Positions 1 through 12,009 of a stretch of 64,000 bases of DNA are shown here, piece by piece (position 1 is the stretch's first letter; the number at the start of each line of letters is the position of its first letter). The notes beneath the pieces were generated by a model. That model did not search any database and was not told the DNA's origin. It saw nothing but the letters and a program-made list of their open reading frames with translations. Made by a program: the position numbers and the translations under genes. Origin of the DNA: Eledone cirrhosa (taxonomy: Eukaryota); NCBI GenBank assembly GCA_964016885.1, contig OZ024741.1, positions 132,122,001 through 132,186,000 of the forward strand, given 5' to 3'.

Positions 1-80
1 ATGGGTATTTCTCCGTAGTTATCTCTGCCTCCAGAGGTAATTTACCCGACTTATTCGATTATGGTATATAGTTATTATCT

Positions 81-320
81 ACAGTATCGGTAGAGAGTCG
101 GACGCCATGCTTTCCAGCATAGTTACGTCCCTTTACGGTCTGACTTTAAATCCCGTCGAGGTTAACTTTGCCTTTCATCCTTACAGGGTCGATAAAATAA
201 AGTACCAGTAATGTACTGGATAATTGCTGGCCTTGTGCCAAAAGTAGAAACAATTATTATAGTACCAGTAATACACTGTGTAATTGCTGGCCTTGTGCCT
301 AACGTAGAAATAATTATTAT
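81..320 (+). mobile_element. tRNA-derived SINE (family S1) with tandemly duplicated 3' tail
   Basis: Head gcagtatcggtagag...gttcaaatcc-like A/B boxes, core ctttgcctttcatccttacggggtcgataaaataaagtaccagt, tail gtagaaacaattatt; tail repeated at 261-320; more than 15 copies in window. Confidence 0.9.
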
Positions 321-349
321 AACTATCTGATAATTTTATGAGAACGGTG

Positions 350-563
350 GTTTAGCAGTATCGGTGGAGCATCGGAGAACATGCTTTTGCATCAAAGTGT
401 TATGTCCCTTTACGTTCTGAGTTCAAACCCCGCCGAGGTTAGCTTTGCCTTCCGCCTTACGGGGTCGATGGAATAAAGTACCAGTAACGCATGGGGCCGA
501 TTTAATTGACTTTCCCTCCCACGAAATTGTTGGCCGTGTGCCTAAATCCGAAACTATTATTAT
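350..563 (+). mobile_element. tRNA-derived SINE, longer S1 variant
   Basis: Same head and core plus ggggccgatttaattgactttccc insert before tail. Confidence 0.85.
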
Positions 564-593
564 AATTACCTGCATTGTAGTGACCACATTTTA

Positions 594-677
<84 letters not shown>

Positions 678-1197
678 TAGTTTTAAAAAGACTCGTGTGG
701 CTAAGGCTTTCGAATATGAATTTCAAAACTGGGCCACATAAAATAAAGATAGCGGGAAAACGGACAGTCCCATCTCCTCAGTCAACCACTTGAAATCACT
801 ACCGTTTTGAATATATATATATATAAGGAAGAGATAGTATGTAAAGCGATAGAGAATATGAAAGAGATGATGAGAAAAAAGAGACAGATTGTGTGATAAA
901 GAGAGATAGAGAGTGAAAGTAGCAATCCGGTTAATTCATATATGGAATAATTTACTAGCAGACATGAGAGACTGATCGATATTATTACACTGGATTGATT
1001 GATCGATCGATGAAACGGAGATGACAAACAATGAGGGAAATATGAGTCCACCCACGTAATCAGGCCACATAGAGACAAGAGAAAATATACTGAGAAACTG
1101 GGGTGAGTTTTACACACAAGCCGACACTCATATACACACACATATCCACACCCACATATATAATATATATATATATATATATATGTATACACACACA

Positions 1198-1268
<71 letters not shown>

Positions 1269-1409
1269 ATAATAATTATAAAGACCAAAATCCGAAGAGG
1301 GCTTGATAAGGATTATATATATATATGTGTGAGTGTGTTCTGTTATTAATTCTGGCAATATTACACAAATATGACCCTCCCCAAGTATAACAATATATAT
1401 ATATATATA

Positions 1410-3068
1410 TATGAAAATAAGGAGAAAAAGACGATTATTTGGAAGAAAAAAAAATTCTTTTTCCTTTTATTTTTTCTCTCTTTTTTCTGGGTTAGAAAAT
1501 GTTTAAAACAAAATATTTTAATTTGTGTGAAGGGTTAAGGTATTAGTTAACTTATTTATTAATTAACAATGGCATTTATTTATTTATTTAGTTATTTATA
1601 TATTTAATAGTTGTCTATTACCGGTTTCAGCATTTTATGCATTATCAAAGGGGGGAATTTGTATTGGTATAAAATGTAGGAGATAATGTGATGTTGAGCA
1701 TGTTAAGGAAATGGGAAAGAAAGAATAATATTATTTACAAACAAGGTTCTTGAAGTAAAACAAAAAAAAAAACAAAAGGGGGTGATGTGGAACATGATAA
1801 GGTAATGGGAAAGAAGGAATAATATTATTACAGGTATAGTTCTTGAGGATAAGCAGTTCAAAAAGTGTTATTATGGCAAGAGCGCTTGGTTTGTCCATGA
1901 TGGAGGCAAATGGTAGTCTCGGGTTGGATATGATTTCCCTTTTTAGAGAGTTACTATGTAGGGGGAGGTAATTCAGAGTGGTCAGGTAAGGGAGAGAGAA
2001 ATGAGAGGGGGTAATTCATTTATATAAGAAAAAGGATAAAGTAGGGTGTGAGGGAGGTAACTCTTTAGCGAACATAGGAATTGTGGCTTCGATTCATTGT
2101 TCGTTCTAGTTTTAGTTTAGTCCGAAGTTTAGTCCATTAAGTAGAGGTTCGAATTTGTTAATATAGTACTTATTGGAACGTTGGATCAAAGAAGCGTTGT
2201 CTATGAATTTGTAAATGGGGAAAATTTTAAAGTTTGGATGTTGGTTAAGTGTACAATTGACGATATGTTCACTAAAAGCTATCTTACTGTATTCCTGTAT
2301 TTTGATTTTTTATCTATGGACGGTCATACGTTGTCGGAGGCTGTTTTTTGTCTGTCCTATGTAGTGCTCTCGACAACCTGAGCATGTCAAAACATAGATT
2401 AGGTTTTCAGATGCACATGTAAAGTTGTATTTAACTGTGAAATGTTGTCCTTGTTTAAAATGGAATGTTGAACTTTCTATTAGATGTATGCATATACCAC
2501 AGTTGGGCCTTCCGCTTTTTTTTTACTGTAGGGTTCATTGTGAGGGTGGTTGGATTTTGGCTTGTGTGAGGATGTTTTTTATGGATTTAGGTTGTCTTTT
2601 GCTCTTTATGATGTTGTGTGTTTGGAGGATTTTGTTCATTCTTGGGTCTCTTTTTAGTAAAGGAATGTTCTGGAGGATGGTGTCAAATGCCTCATTGTTG
2701 AGGGGCTTGTGTGTGGAGATGTATGGTAGAGTTTTCTGTTGCGGTTCATTCCTGGGTTTGGGGTGTCTGAGTTCCTGGATGTCGATTTTAGGGCACGTTG
2801 GAATCCATTGTTGATTAGGGATGGTAGGTAGTTTCTGCTGATAAGTGTGTTCTTTAATTCTTCTAGTCGTGTGTAGCATGTGTATTTATCTGAAACTATT
2901 GTGCAGATCCTTCTAGCTAGGTTATAAGGAATTACCATTTTGGTATTGCGAGGGTGGCACGAGTTGAATGGAAGATATTGTTTGGAGTCTGTGGGTTTGT
3001 AGTATATGTCTGTTTCTATTTTGTTGTTTGTTTTCTTGATGAGGATGTCGAGGAAAGGGAGTTGTTCA
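1410..3068 (-). mobile_element. 5'-truncated, frameshifted Penelope-like element (RT C-terminus, GIY-YIG, 3' UTR)
   Basis: ORF 2654-3109: LPFLDILI...TDIYYKPTDSKQYLPFNSCHP...IPYNLARRICTIVS; ORF 2535-2879: LPYISTH...SKRQPKSIKNIL; degenerate HHR (ttgataa...gaaaccggta) near 1612-1660; (TA)n on both sides. Confidence 0.85.
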
Positions 3069-3940
3069 TATATATATACAAGTATATTTATATATATATA
3101 TATATACAAATATATTTATATCTATGTGCGCGCGCGTGTGTGTGTGTGTGATATTCGTCAATGCAACTCTCGTAGGCGAACTAGCTTACAAATTTAGAAG
3201 GGCCATAGACGAACTAAAATAAAATATTAAGATAGTAGAAACAAGTATTCCTATAAAAGTCATAATTAGTAGGACATAACTTTTGAGAAATCCATCTGCA
3301 TTAATAGAGAATGAATAGTCTGCAGAGTAAGCACATATATGACTGTAAAACTAGGAAAGTAGTATATAGCATAGGATATACGGAGAGACAGTGTAGGAAT
3401 AGGAATACGACTTACATAGGTGAGACGGCTCGTAGCGCAGGAGAAAGGAGAAAAGAACACTGTAGAAAATAACATGCCAGAATAGAACACGGGTGCATAC
3501 TAGAGAACATAGAGATAAAAATCATATCTACAGATATTCGGAATGCTCTGACAGATTACAGAAGTGACAAACATAAACGAACTCCAACCAAAACTAAACA
3601 AAAAATATGAGTGGAATAGAAACAACCTCGCAATTAGTAACTAAGGAGAAAACAAAGACTTACAGAGCCACACAAGAACTAAACTAATAAAACAAACCAG
3701 ATACACACAGTTAGAACAAGTAACCAGCTAGTGAAAAGTAAATAAACGTATAAAAAACAAATAAATATATTAAAATAGATAAATAAGTAAAAACACACAC
3801 AAACAAACGCGCACACACGCACACATACACACACACATACACAAACCCGGATATAATGCATGTGCAGCCCATGTACGCAGCTCACAAACACAAGCTGGTG
3901 TAGGACATAACAAAGGAGATACACAATAACAACAAAAGTA

Positions 3941-3983
3941 GTCACTTAGGAGGTCACAGAATGTGTGACGAAAGAGCTTAGAC
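3941..3983 (+). ncRNA. Degenerate hammerhead ribozyme (homologue of 52407-52449)
   Basis: gtca-cttagga-ggtcacagaatgtgtgac-gaaa-gagctt-agac; core mutated; about 130 bp downstream also shared with 52450-52575. Confidence 0.5.
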
Positions 3984-4172
3984 AATCAGCAACTAAACAA
4001 CTATCAGATTATTTAACTAATTGACTAAAAGTTTATAATAAATTGAAATGAAATCCAGCCGGTGCATAAGTTTGTATTGGCAGTTTGTATTGGTATTTCA
4101 ACACACGCTTTCAGATAAGAATTCTTGCAAAACAAATACAAAAGTGAAGTATATCTATCTATCTATCTATCT

Positions 4173-4221
4173 AGGGCGGGTAAAATTCCCGAGATCCATA
4201 GACGAGTTCTTTCCAGCGGTC
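4173..4221 (-). mobile_element. Extreme 3' end of RTE-like LINE
   Basis: Near-identical to 35299-35348. Confidence 0.75.
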
Positions 4222-4310
4222 TATATATATATATATATGTGTGTGTGTGGAAACAGGGAGAAAAAGACGATTATATGTATATATATATATATATGTGTGT
4301 GCGTGCGTGT

Positions 4311-4410
4311 TATAGAAATGACTTCTGCTGGACTAGAACTGGTTCATTCGTAAGAAATCATCGTGATGATTTCTTATAAGTGAAACAGTTCTAGTCCTGT
4401 AAAAGCCATT
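4311..4410. repeat. Fold-back insertion, family G (HHR-like core)
   Basis: ggactagaactggttcattcgtaagaaatcatc / tgatgatttcttataagtgaaacagttctagtcc; homologues at about 19780-19900 and 27600-27780. Confidence 0.7.
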
Positions 4411-4590
4411 CCTGGTCATAAGAAGGAGGAAAACAATGAGATGGAAGAGACTTACAAAACCTGGCAGTTCAAGGAAAAAGCTACGACCATAGAAAGACTT
4501 TGTTTGATGGGGGTTAGCTGGCAGGTAAGTGTTCTTATAAGTTCTTGGTTTTAGTTTTATACTAATATTTATTGTTTCATGTAGTTTAGT

Positions 4591-4715
4591 GAAGGCGCGT
4601 CACTGAGTGGTTAGAGAATTGGATTCGCAATCGTGAGGTTTTGAGTTCGATTCCCGGACCGGGCGATGCATTATGTCCTTGAGCAAGACACTTATTTCAC
4701 GTTGTTCCTTCTACC
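4591..4715 (+). mobile_element. tRNA-derived SINE head (second family)
   Basis: ggcgcgt...gtggttagag, gagttcgattccc B box, tgtccttgagcaagacactt. Confidence 0.7.
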
Positions 4716-5279
4716 TGGAGTTGCGATCGATAGATAGTATTAGCAATTGGGAAGACCAATGGAAACATTGTTTCCTTGGTCCGATTTGACGAAAGTCGAT
4801 CGACTAACGTTGTTTAGATTTACCTTAAACTGGTGTTTGATTTAAACTGCTGTCTTTAGTTTACCTGTGAGCCTCTCTTGTTTGGCAACGTTGGCTTGTT
4901 TATTTGTGATGTTTAGAGTAAGATTCTATTTAGTTTTAATCTGCTTAATCGCATTTTTACATAAATTGTTTACAAAGTTGTTTATCGAAAAATAAAACAC
5001 ACTATTAGAGGGACAAAAAAAAAGTAAATGTAAAGAAGAAAAAGAAAAAAAGAATCAAACAACGAGAGAAAAGAAGAGGGAAGGGACAGACACTACACCC
5101 CAATCTAAGCGGTGCCTCAGCCACGCCCCGCAGACAAAATGGCAAATTATTACAACGCAGAATGGCCAGAGAACCCGCTGCAACTGCCCCCACCTCACGG
5201 GGCTCCCTACTCAAGACTATGGCGACATAAAGAGTTTTTATTGTATTTTGGGTTTGTTTGTTTTTTTTCAAAGTAGCCC

Positions 5280-5481
5280 CGAACGTGTTTCCGGTTTTAT
5301 GGAGGAAATCAGCTGTGCGGGTACCAAGGACACCAGAGGTCTCGACGGAGACTGGTACAAAGAGGAAGCGGTCGGCCAGACACTGATGTTTAACTATCTT
5401 CCTCTCCTCTGCATTGCGGGCAGCAGAGCCCAGGCTTGTGGCCGAAGCGACAAGGCTGGAAGCGGGAACAAATTGCAGCAT
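5280..5481 (-). mobile_element. CRE-clade non-LTR retrotransposon, restriction-like endonuclease C-terminus
   Basis: SAARNAEERKIVKH...FLFVPVSVETSGVLG, typical of the RLE C-terminal AE..K..K / F.P...ET.G motif. Confidence 0.7.
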
Positions 5482-6025
5482 GTCATTGTATATTAAATTT
5501 CTGACATCATTTCATCCAGCTTTTTCTAATTTATAAGTTTATGGCTAGCTGTGCGTGCGGGTATGTTGATTAATGGGTTGATAACGGATATAGTTTATTT
5601 ATTCGTTAAGAGGGCTGTTGTTTTCTGGAAGGCTTTGGATGAAGTTAATATATATTTTCGAGTAATATATAATTGCGAGTTTCGAGTTAGTCGGCTACGG
5701 ATCTTGTCATTAAGCGAGTAATTCATTTCAATGAGTGTATGTGTGTATCTATTCTTATTTGCTAAGTATGTATGGTTGGAATTTATTTTTTCGTAATTGT
5801 TCTTATACTCTGTTGATTCAATGCCAATTACGTAATGGGGTAGTTGTTGTTGCAGAGTACTACGACAGTTGCAGTATAATGTGGTACTTCGCCCCCTAAT
5901 TAGTTATTAGTGTATATTTGGTTGTCTCTTGGGAGTCTTGTGGGCATAGGTCTAAAGGGCGTGATTGATTTTACATCGATTTTTATAGATGGTGGATCAG
6001 GTTGAGGATAATTTTATAGATTATA

Positions 6026-6150
6026 CAGGGTGGTCCAAAAGTCGCAATACATAGGAAATTTTTAAGTTTCCATATTTATTTATTTTGAATAAATTGTTTC
6101 TTATAAAACAGAATTTTTTTTTTATGTATCGCGACATTTGGGCCACCCTA
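6026..6150. mobile_element. Tc1/mariner-type MITE
   Basis: TIRs cagggtggtccaaaagtcgc / gcgacatttgggccacccta, TA on both sides. Confidence 0.75.
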
Positions 6151-6669
6151 TATTTGATTGGGGTGGAAGGTAGTATTAGTTTGGTGCCAAATGTTTGTTG
6201 TTATGGTAGAGCAATTAATAGTCACACACACACACATACACCCACACACTCGTACACACACATACGAGAGCATGCACACACATATTTATACATACGGGCT
6301 AGATACGAATTCTCTTCCCTTAAGTATTCGTTGTTGCTGGTGTTAACTATTGTAATTGGCATATATGTAGTCAAAATGTTTATTCATGGTGTTTTCCTCT
6401 AATATCGTAATTAAGTCTACTCTGATGTCAGGAATTTATTTCTTGCATTGTTGAGTGTATTGGGACCACCTCAGTATAGGGACTGCCTAAGTGCTACTTT
6501 TTTAGTAAATGCATCGCTTGATATGTAACATTTTTGCGATGCATGGCATTACTGGCCATAGGCATGTTCCTGGCAGGGCTAAAAAGCCACGTCCGTGATG
6601 CTCATGCTTAAATATCAAGGGATGACATTACTCGAAATCGAGTTGCAGTCATCATCATGTATGTATATT

Positions 6670-6703
<34 letters not shown>

Positions 6704-6804
6704 TATTGAAATTTCCGTTGGAAACAGAAAAGGTCATAGAAATGAAGAGTGCTCTATGTAAGTATCAGAGCAAAATTTAATGTATAAAAATCAATACAAT
6801 ATAA

Positions 6805-6880
6805 TTACCTCATTACCAGAGGTTTCCCGAATGAGGCGAATACGAAATAAACGACTTCATTCGTTCGTCAGACGAGGCAA
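6805..6880 (-). ncRNA. Type I hammerhead ribozyme
   Basis: Minus strand ttgcctcgt-CTGACGA-acgaatga...tcattcgg-GAAA-cc tct gG TA-atgaggtaa; 9-bp stem I, 7-bp stem II, GUA triplet. Confidence 0.8.
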
Positions 6881-7149
6881 TATAAAACATGGGCAAATAC
6901 TTAGAAAAACACATCAAGAAAATCAAAAAAAGATATAGATAAATGAAATAGAAATTGAAATATATAAAAATCTATCAAGAAATATAGTTAGGTGTGTGTA
7001 TATGTATGTATATACGCTCACAGATGTGCATATATGTATATGCGCACATGTATATGTATAGTGAGAAAGTGTGCGTAATTCTAAAATTTAGGGCAAATGT
7101 ATCTATATGTCTGTATTATACAGACAGAAATGGTTACATCGTAAATATA

Positions 7150-7225
<76 letters not shown>

Positions 7226-7401
7226 TAGATAGAATATATATATATATATATATATAGATAGATAGATAGATAGATAGATATACACGGGTGTGTATGATTG
7301 TGTTTAGAAGATTATATTAATAAAAGGAATTCCAACTTTGTCTGATTTACTCGTTTTATTTACAATCCTTTAAAATTTATAATGGTATTATAATGAAATA
7401 G

Positions 7402-7432
<31 letters not shown>

Positions 7433-8002
7433 GTATGTGTGTGTGTGTGTGTGTGTGATTGTCTGTGCGTCTGTTTGTCTGTGTTTGTGATTGTCTCTGA
7501 GTGGCTGTGTGTGTGTGGTGCTTTTGGTTAGCTTAGGCTTGTATTTTGTTGTTGGGTAAGGTTAAGTGACGAAACATTATATGTATTGTATCATGGCCCC
7601 TGATATTATGTGGCCTAAGATTACCGTTTGAAAGTCTCTGGTTCATACATACATACATACATACATGATGGCTGCCCCCTCGTTATCGAGTATGGCCATT
7701 GCACGAGGAGAAAGAAAAAAAAAAAATAATAATAAATAAATAAATAATAATAAAAATATATAAAAAAAAATAATAAAAAAAAGAAATATATATATATATA
7801 TATATACATATACATACACATATACACACACACACACTCACACTCACACACATATACACACATACATTAATAACAATAATAATAATAACAACAATAATAA
7901 TAACGACTACAACAATAATGATATACATATACATATATATATACACACACACGCATACACATAAGCATATCTACACATACACACACACACACACGATAGC
8001 AA

Positions 8003-8718
8003 CTAACAGCGCTGCGATCGAATGTGGCTTTTTAGCCCAGCCAATGATCTAAAATGTCTTGCACAGAGTCGGCAACCAAAACATTCACTGGGAATAGTCG
8101 GCTGTGGTTGGAGTTCGTGTACTTTTGCATGTCGCTTAAGCCCTCCTGCTGATTTACATTCTCTACCACATGTTTGGCAAGCATGATGAGTAGCATCTCC
8201 AACAGCAGCCTGGTAGTCAACCACTGGTCTTACTTTATGACTGCGAAGATGACTTTCGAGTCCAGCTTTGCTTAGGCAGAGTCTCGCACATACGCTGCAT
8301 GTCAGCACCATAGGAAGACTCTCGCCGTCTGGAAGTGCAACAGCAATGCCCTTCCACACATCCCGCTTTACTTTCTCGTATGCGATTCGAGATGCCTCAA
8401 AGGCAACTGTTCCCTCATATACAGTCTTTCTCCATTCATCACGATCAGCAGCAATATTCTCCCATGTATCAGCAGAGATGTTAGCGACTTTCAGAGAGGC
8501 TTTCAAGGAATCCTTATACCTCTTTTTTGGTTTATGTGGCGGTCGTTTTCCTTTAACCAACTCTCCATAAAAGAGTTGTTTTGGTATTCTAGAATCTTTC
8601 ATCCTGGCAAGGTGACCACTCCAACGGAGTCATTGCTTAAGCACAAGAGCTTCTATACTGTCACACATAGAGCTTTCCAAAATCTCGACATCACTGATGT
8701 GGTCCCTCCAGTGAACGC
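8003..8718 (-). mobile_element. RTE (BovB-like) LINE 3' fragment with three C-terminal C2H2-type zinc fingers
   Basis: MKDSRIPKQLFYGEL..GKRPPHKPKKRYKDSLK; CSVC..HLRSH, CQTC..HAKVH, CRLC..HIRSQRC. Confidence 0.85.
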
Positions 8719-8807
8719 CATACATACATACATACATACATACATACATACATACATACATACATACATACATACATACATACATACATACATACATACA
8801 TACATAC

Positions 8808-9215
8808 ATGGTGGCTGCCAACTCGTTTTCGAGTACGGCCACTACTTTATATCCATGTAGGAGAACCCCTACCGATGCGCTGAACAAGTGTGATTTTTTA
8901 GTCCAGCCAGCGACTTGAAAACTCTGGTACAAACACTACACTTGTGACAATTATTGACACATAGTGCTGGGCCCATGGTACCATGTGACGACAAGTGCAG
9001 AGAGATCTCCAGATATAAAGCAATGCCTGTGCCGTGAAGCTTTTATAGTGAGCAAAGGCACTGCACAAAGCCAGTCCCACTCTCTTAACCAAGATGATAT
9101 TTACCAAAAAGAAGAACAAGTCAACATCATTGGATACCATCAGAGTTGCAGGTGTTATATCAGAATTTTCTTACTCCTAGAATTCTGCCTTGACAAAGGC
9201 TAAGGGGTCATCTCT
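8808..9215 (-). mobile_element. Non-autonomous RTE-derived element with (ATGT)n tail
   Basis: Near-identical inverted copy of 20529-20930; ends ggcagccacc(atgt)n. Confidence 0.75.
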
Positions 9216-9266
9216 CTCTACATACATACATACATACATACATACATACATACATACATACATACA

Positions 9267-9297
<31 letters not shown>

Positions 9298-9719
9298 GTA
9301 AAACGAAAAGAAATTACAGACCAATCTATCAACATCTCTATCAATGTCTTGACAGTTTTACCAGTATCTGACGATGACTTTACAGATACTTAGGCATAAA
9401 TGAAAATATATCCTATAATGGAATTTTAACAATGAACGGGTATCCAGGGAATATAACATCAAAATAAAAGAAAATATTGTCTTCTGTACTCTTTGTGCCC
9501 AATAAATCAGTAGTCCATAAAATGTTTACAAGTACTTGTGTTGACACCAACATTTGGACTACTTGACTGGACGCTAGATGAGATCCGAACAATTGATATA
9601 AAAATTCCAAAAGTTCTAATCAGCACTGGAAATGGTCATATCAACAGTGAGATTGAATGCCTCTACCTAAAACGTAAACTGGAGGAGGGGGCGGCTTAAC
9701 ATCAATCCAAACAGTATTT

Positions 9720-10240
9720 GAGTATCGCATCATATCTCTCCAAGAAAACCAACGAATCACCAAGCGTAGAAGTACATCTATAGAACAAGGCTGACTACAC
9801 GAGACATAACATCATAAAGGTAGAGAAGAAACTTCTTGAAAAATATTCCTTACATGATAACCAAAATCTCACACCCAGGGAATTTACATAACAATACCGC
9901 AACGAATTCATGGAGGAAAAGCTGCAAGCTTATGAACAAAAAGTCATGCATGGCTGTATTGTAAGAAAGTTCCAACAGGAGATTAATATAGATAAGCAAG
10001 ATAGTCTATCTTGGATTAAAGACCGGTTATTAATTCTAATTTTAAAGGATATGTTTCTGCAATCCAAGAACTGGAAATAACAACGAAATACTTAATGCAC
10101 GAAAGAGATAGAGATGCAGACAAAACCCATAGATGTGACAAGAGATACAGACACTGCGGAATAAACATCGAGGTTCTCACTCACATCATAAGCAGCTGTC
10201 CAAAGATATCATCATGCTATTATCTACCTATCAGACATAG
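9720..10240 (+). mobile_element. Decayed R4/Dong-like non-LTR fragment
   Basis: Translates to AIQELEITTKYL...HCGINIEVLTHIISSCPKISSCYYLPIRH (CCHC region before RLE). Confidence 0.65.
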
Positions 10241-10394
10241 GTAGATAGTCGGGTAAATAGCTTCCATAGGAGACCTTGAGCCTATCATCTGTGAAACGTA
10301 CGTAACTGGTCGATAATCAATAAAAAAAATTGTAAAGGTAACATCATCGTTTTTTCTTATTATACATATATGTTAGTTAGTTAGATCCTCCTAT

Positions 10395-11430
10395 TCCACT
10401 AGGAATATTGGGCAACAACAAAAGATCTCCATCTTCTATGGTCTTCTGTAAGAGATTTGTCATCCTCCCAGCTCACCTCTTCCGCATCTAGGTTCTTCAG
10501 GATTGTCCTCTTCCATGATGTTAATGGACGTCCACGTTTCCTTTGTCCACCTTCTGGCTTCCAGTTAAGGGAGAGCCTTCTGTGTCTTGTTGATAGCATT
10601 CTAAAGACATGTTCAAGAAATCGTAGACAACTATCTTTCACTGAGTGGTTTCTGTTTGGTTCTCCCATAGACTTCTTCATTGGTTATTTTGTCTTGCCGT
10701 GAGATGTTAAGAATTTTTCTGGGGCACTTCTGATGGAATACATCTAGCTTGTGGACAAGTTCTGCTGTCATCTTCCACGTTTCACTGGCATAGGTGGAAA
10801 CTGGGATGACTAGAAAATTGTACGCAGCTATCTTATTCTTTAGAGTCGTCTGATTAGATTATCTGAGCCTTTCAAAGACAGAGCTTGCTTTTCAAATTCT
10901 GCTCAGCACGTCTTCCTCCGAGTCACCCCTTTGGAAATGCTGCCACCCAGGTAGGTGAACCTCTCAACCTCATCTGCACGTACGTTATTTACTTGTATGT
11001 TGATAGGAATTTTTGCTTCACTGAAATGACTTTCGTCTATTCTGATCTGATTCTTAACCCAACTTTAGCAGCATTACTTGCCATGTTGTCGGTCAACGCC
11101 TGCAGTGACTGTTAAATCCAGGTCAGTCAAACGAGAAATATTCCACCGGATTCCAAGATGTGGATCGTTGTGTCCTTTCACATCACAAAATCAATTGTGA
11201 GTAGGAACAATAAAGGAGATAATATGCAGCCTTGGCGCACTCCTGAAACAATGTCGAATACTCTGTATAGTGTATAGGCACTACTAGTTCTGGTGCAGCA
11301 GTATGAATCCCTGTATATGCTCTTGAAGATGATGATAAGCTTTCGAGGATTTCCAGAGATTTCGGCTATTCTCCAAATAGTCTCTCTGTGTATACTGTCA
11401 AAGGCTTTCTTAAAACCAATGATGGTCACC
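10395..11430 (-). mobile_element. Decayed RTE/RTE-X LINE
   Basis: KKAFDSIHRETIW...GVRQGCILSPLLFLLTIDFVM; LNWKPEGGQRKRGRP..SW. Confidence 0.85.
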
Positions 11431-11500
11431 ACTGTATGATGGAGGAGGCACTTTTTAAACCGGCCCTTCATTCAGGCACGTGAATATATATATATATATA

Positions 11501-11806
11501 CATGTAAAGTTATATTTAAAATTGTTGGGTTACAACTAGTAAATATTTATAACTGATATAAAAGCACTCGACAAATACTTGGAGTATATTTACAATATTA
11601 AATAAATGGAAAACTATATTTATTAAACCTCTTCAAATGAAGTTGATGTTTATTACGGTATGTCGAATATATTTATCTATAAAACTGTTTATATTGTATT
11701 TTGTCTGATGAAGGCATAGCATATTGTTAATATGATATCCCCGAAATATATATAATGAAATAAATATGGTTTTATAAATATAGTTTTCCATTTATTTAAT
11801 ATTGTA
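11501..11806 (+). mobile_element. Asymmetric fold-back insertion (element A) in (TA)n
   Basis: IR 11591-11629 vs 11768-11806; contains HHR; homologous to ends of 43722-45846. Confidence 0.8.
11697..11762 (+). ncRNA. Type I hammerhead ribozyme
   Basis: tattttgt-CTGATGA-aggcatagcatatt gtt aatatgatatcccc-GAAA-tatatA TA-atgaaata. Confidence 0.8.
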
Positions 11807-12009
11807 TATATATATATATATATTTGTTATATAATAAGGTGCATTATTGGTTGTGTAAAACGGTCCAATAACTTTATGTTAGCAATATTAAGTTCTCAAC
11901 GCTTTTGTATATCTCCAATTCCATTCGAGGGAACAGCTAGATGATGTAAAACGGAGTATAAGTATCAAAATGAAAATCCGAAGGCAAGGATAGAGTAACT
12001 TATGACGAT

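Noticed and set aside
4420-4530. Purine-rich stretch ending cag|gtaagt, a possible exon
   Set aside because: Donor motif only, with no clear acceptor or recognisable product; cannot be supported without RNA data.
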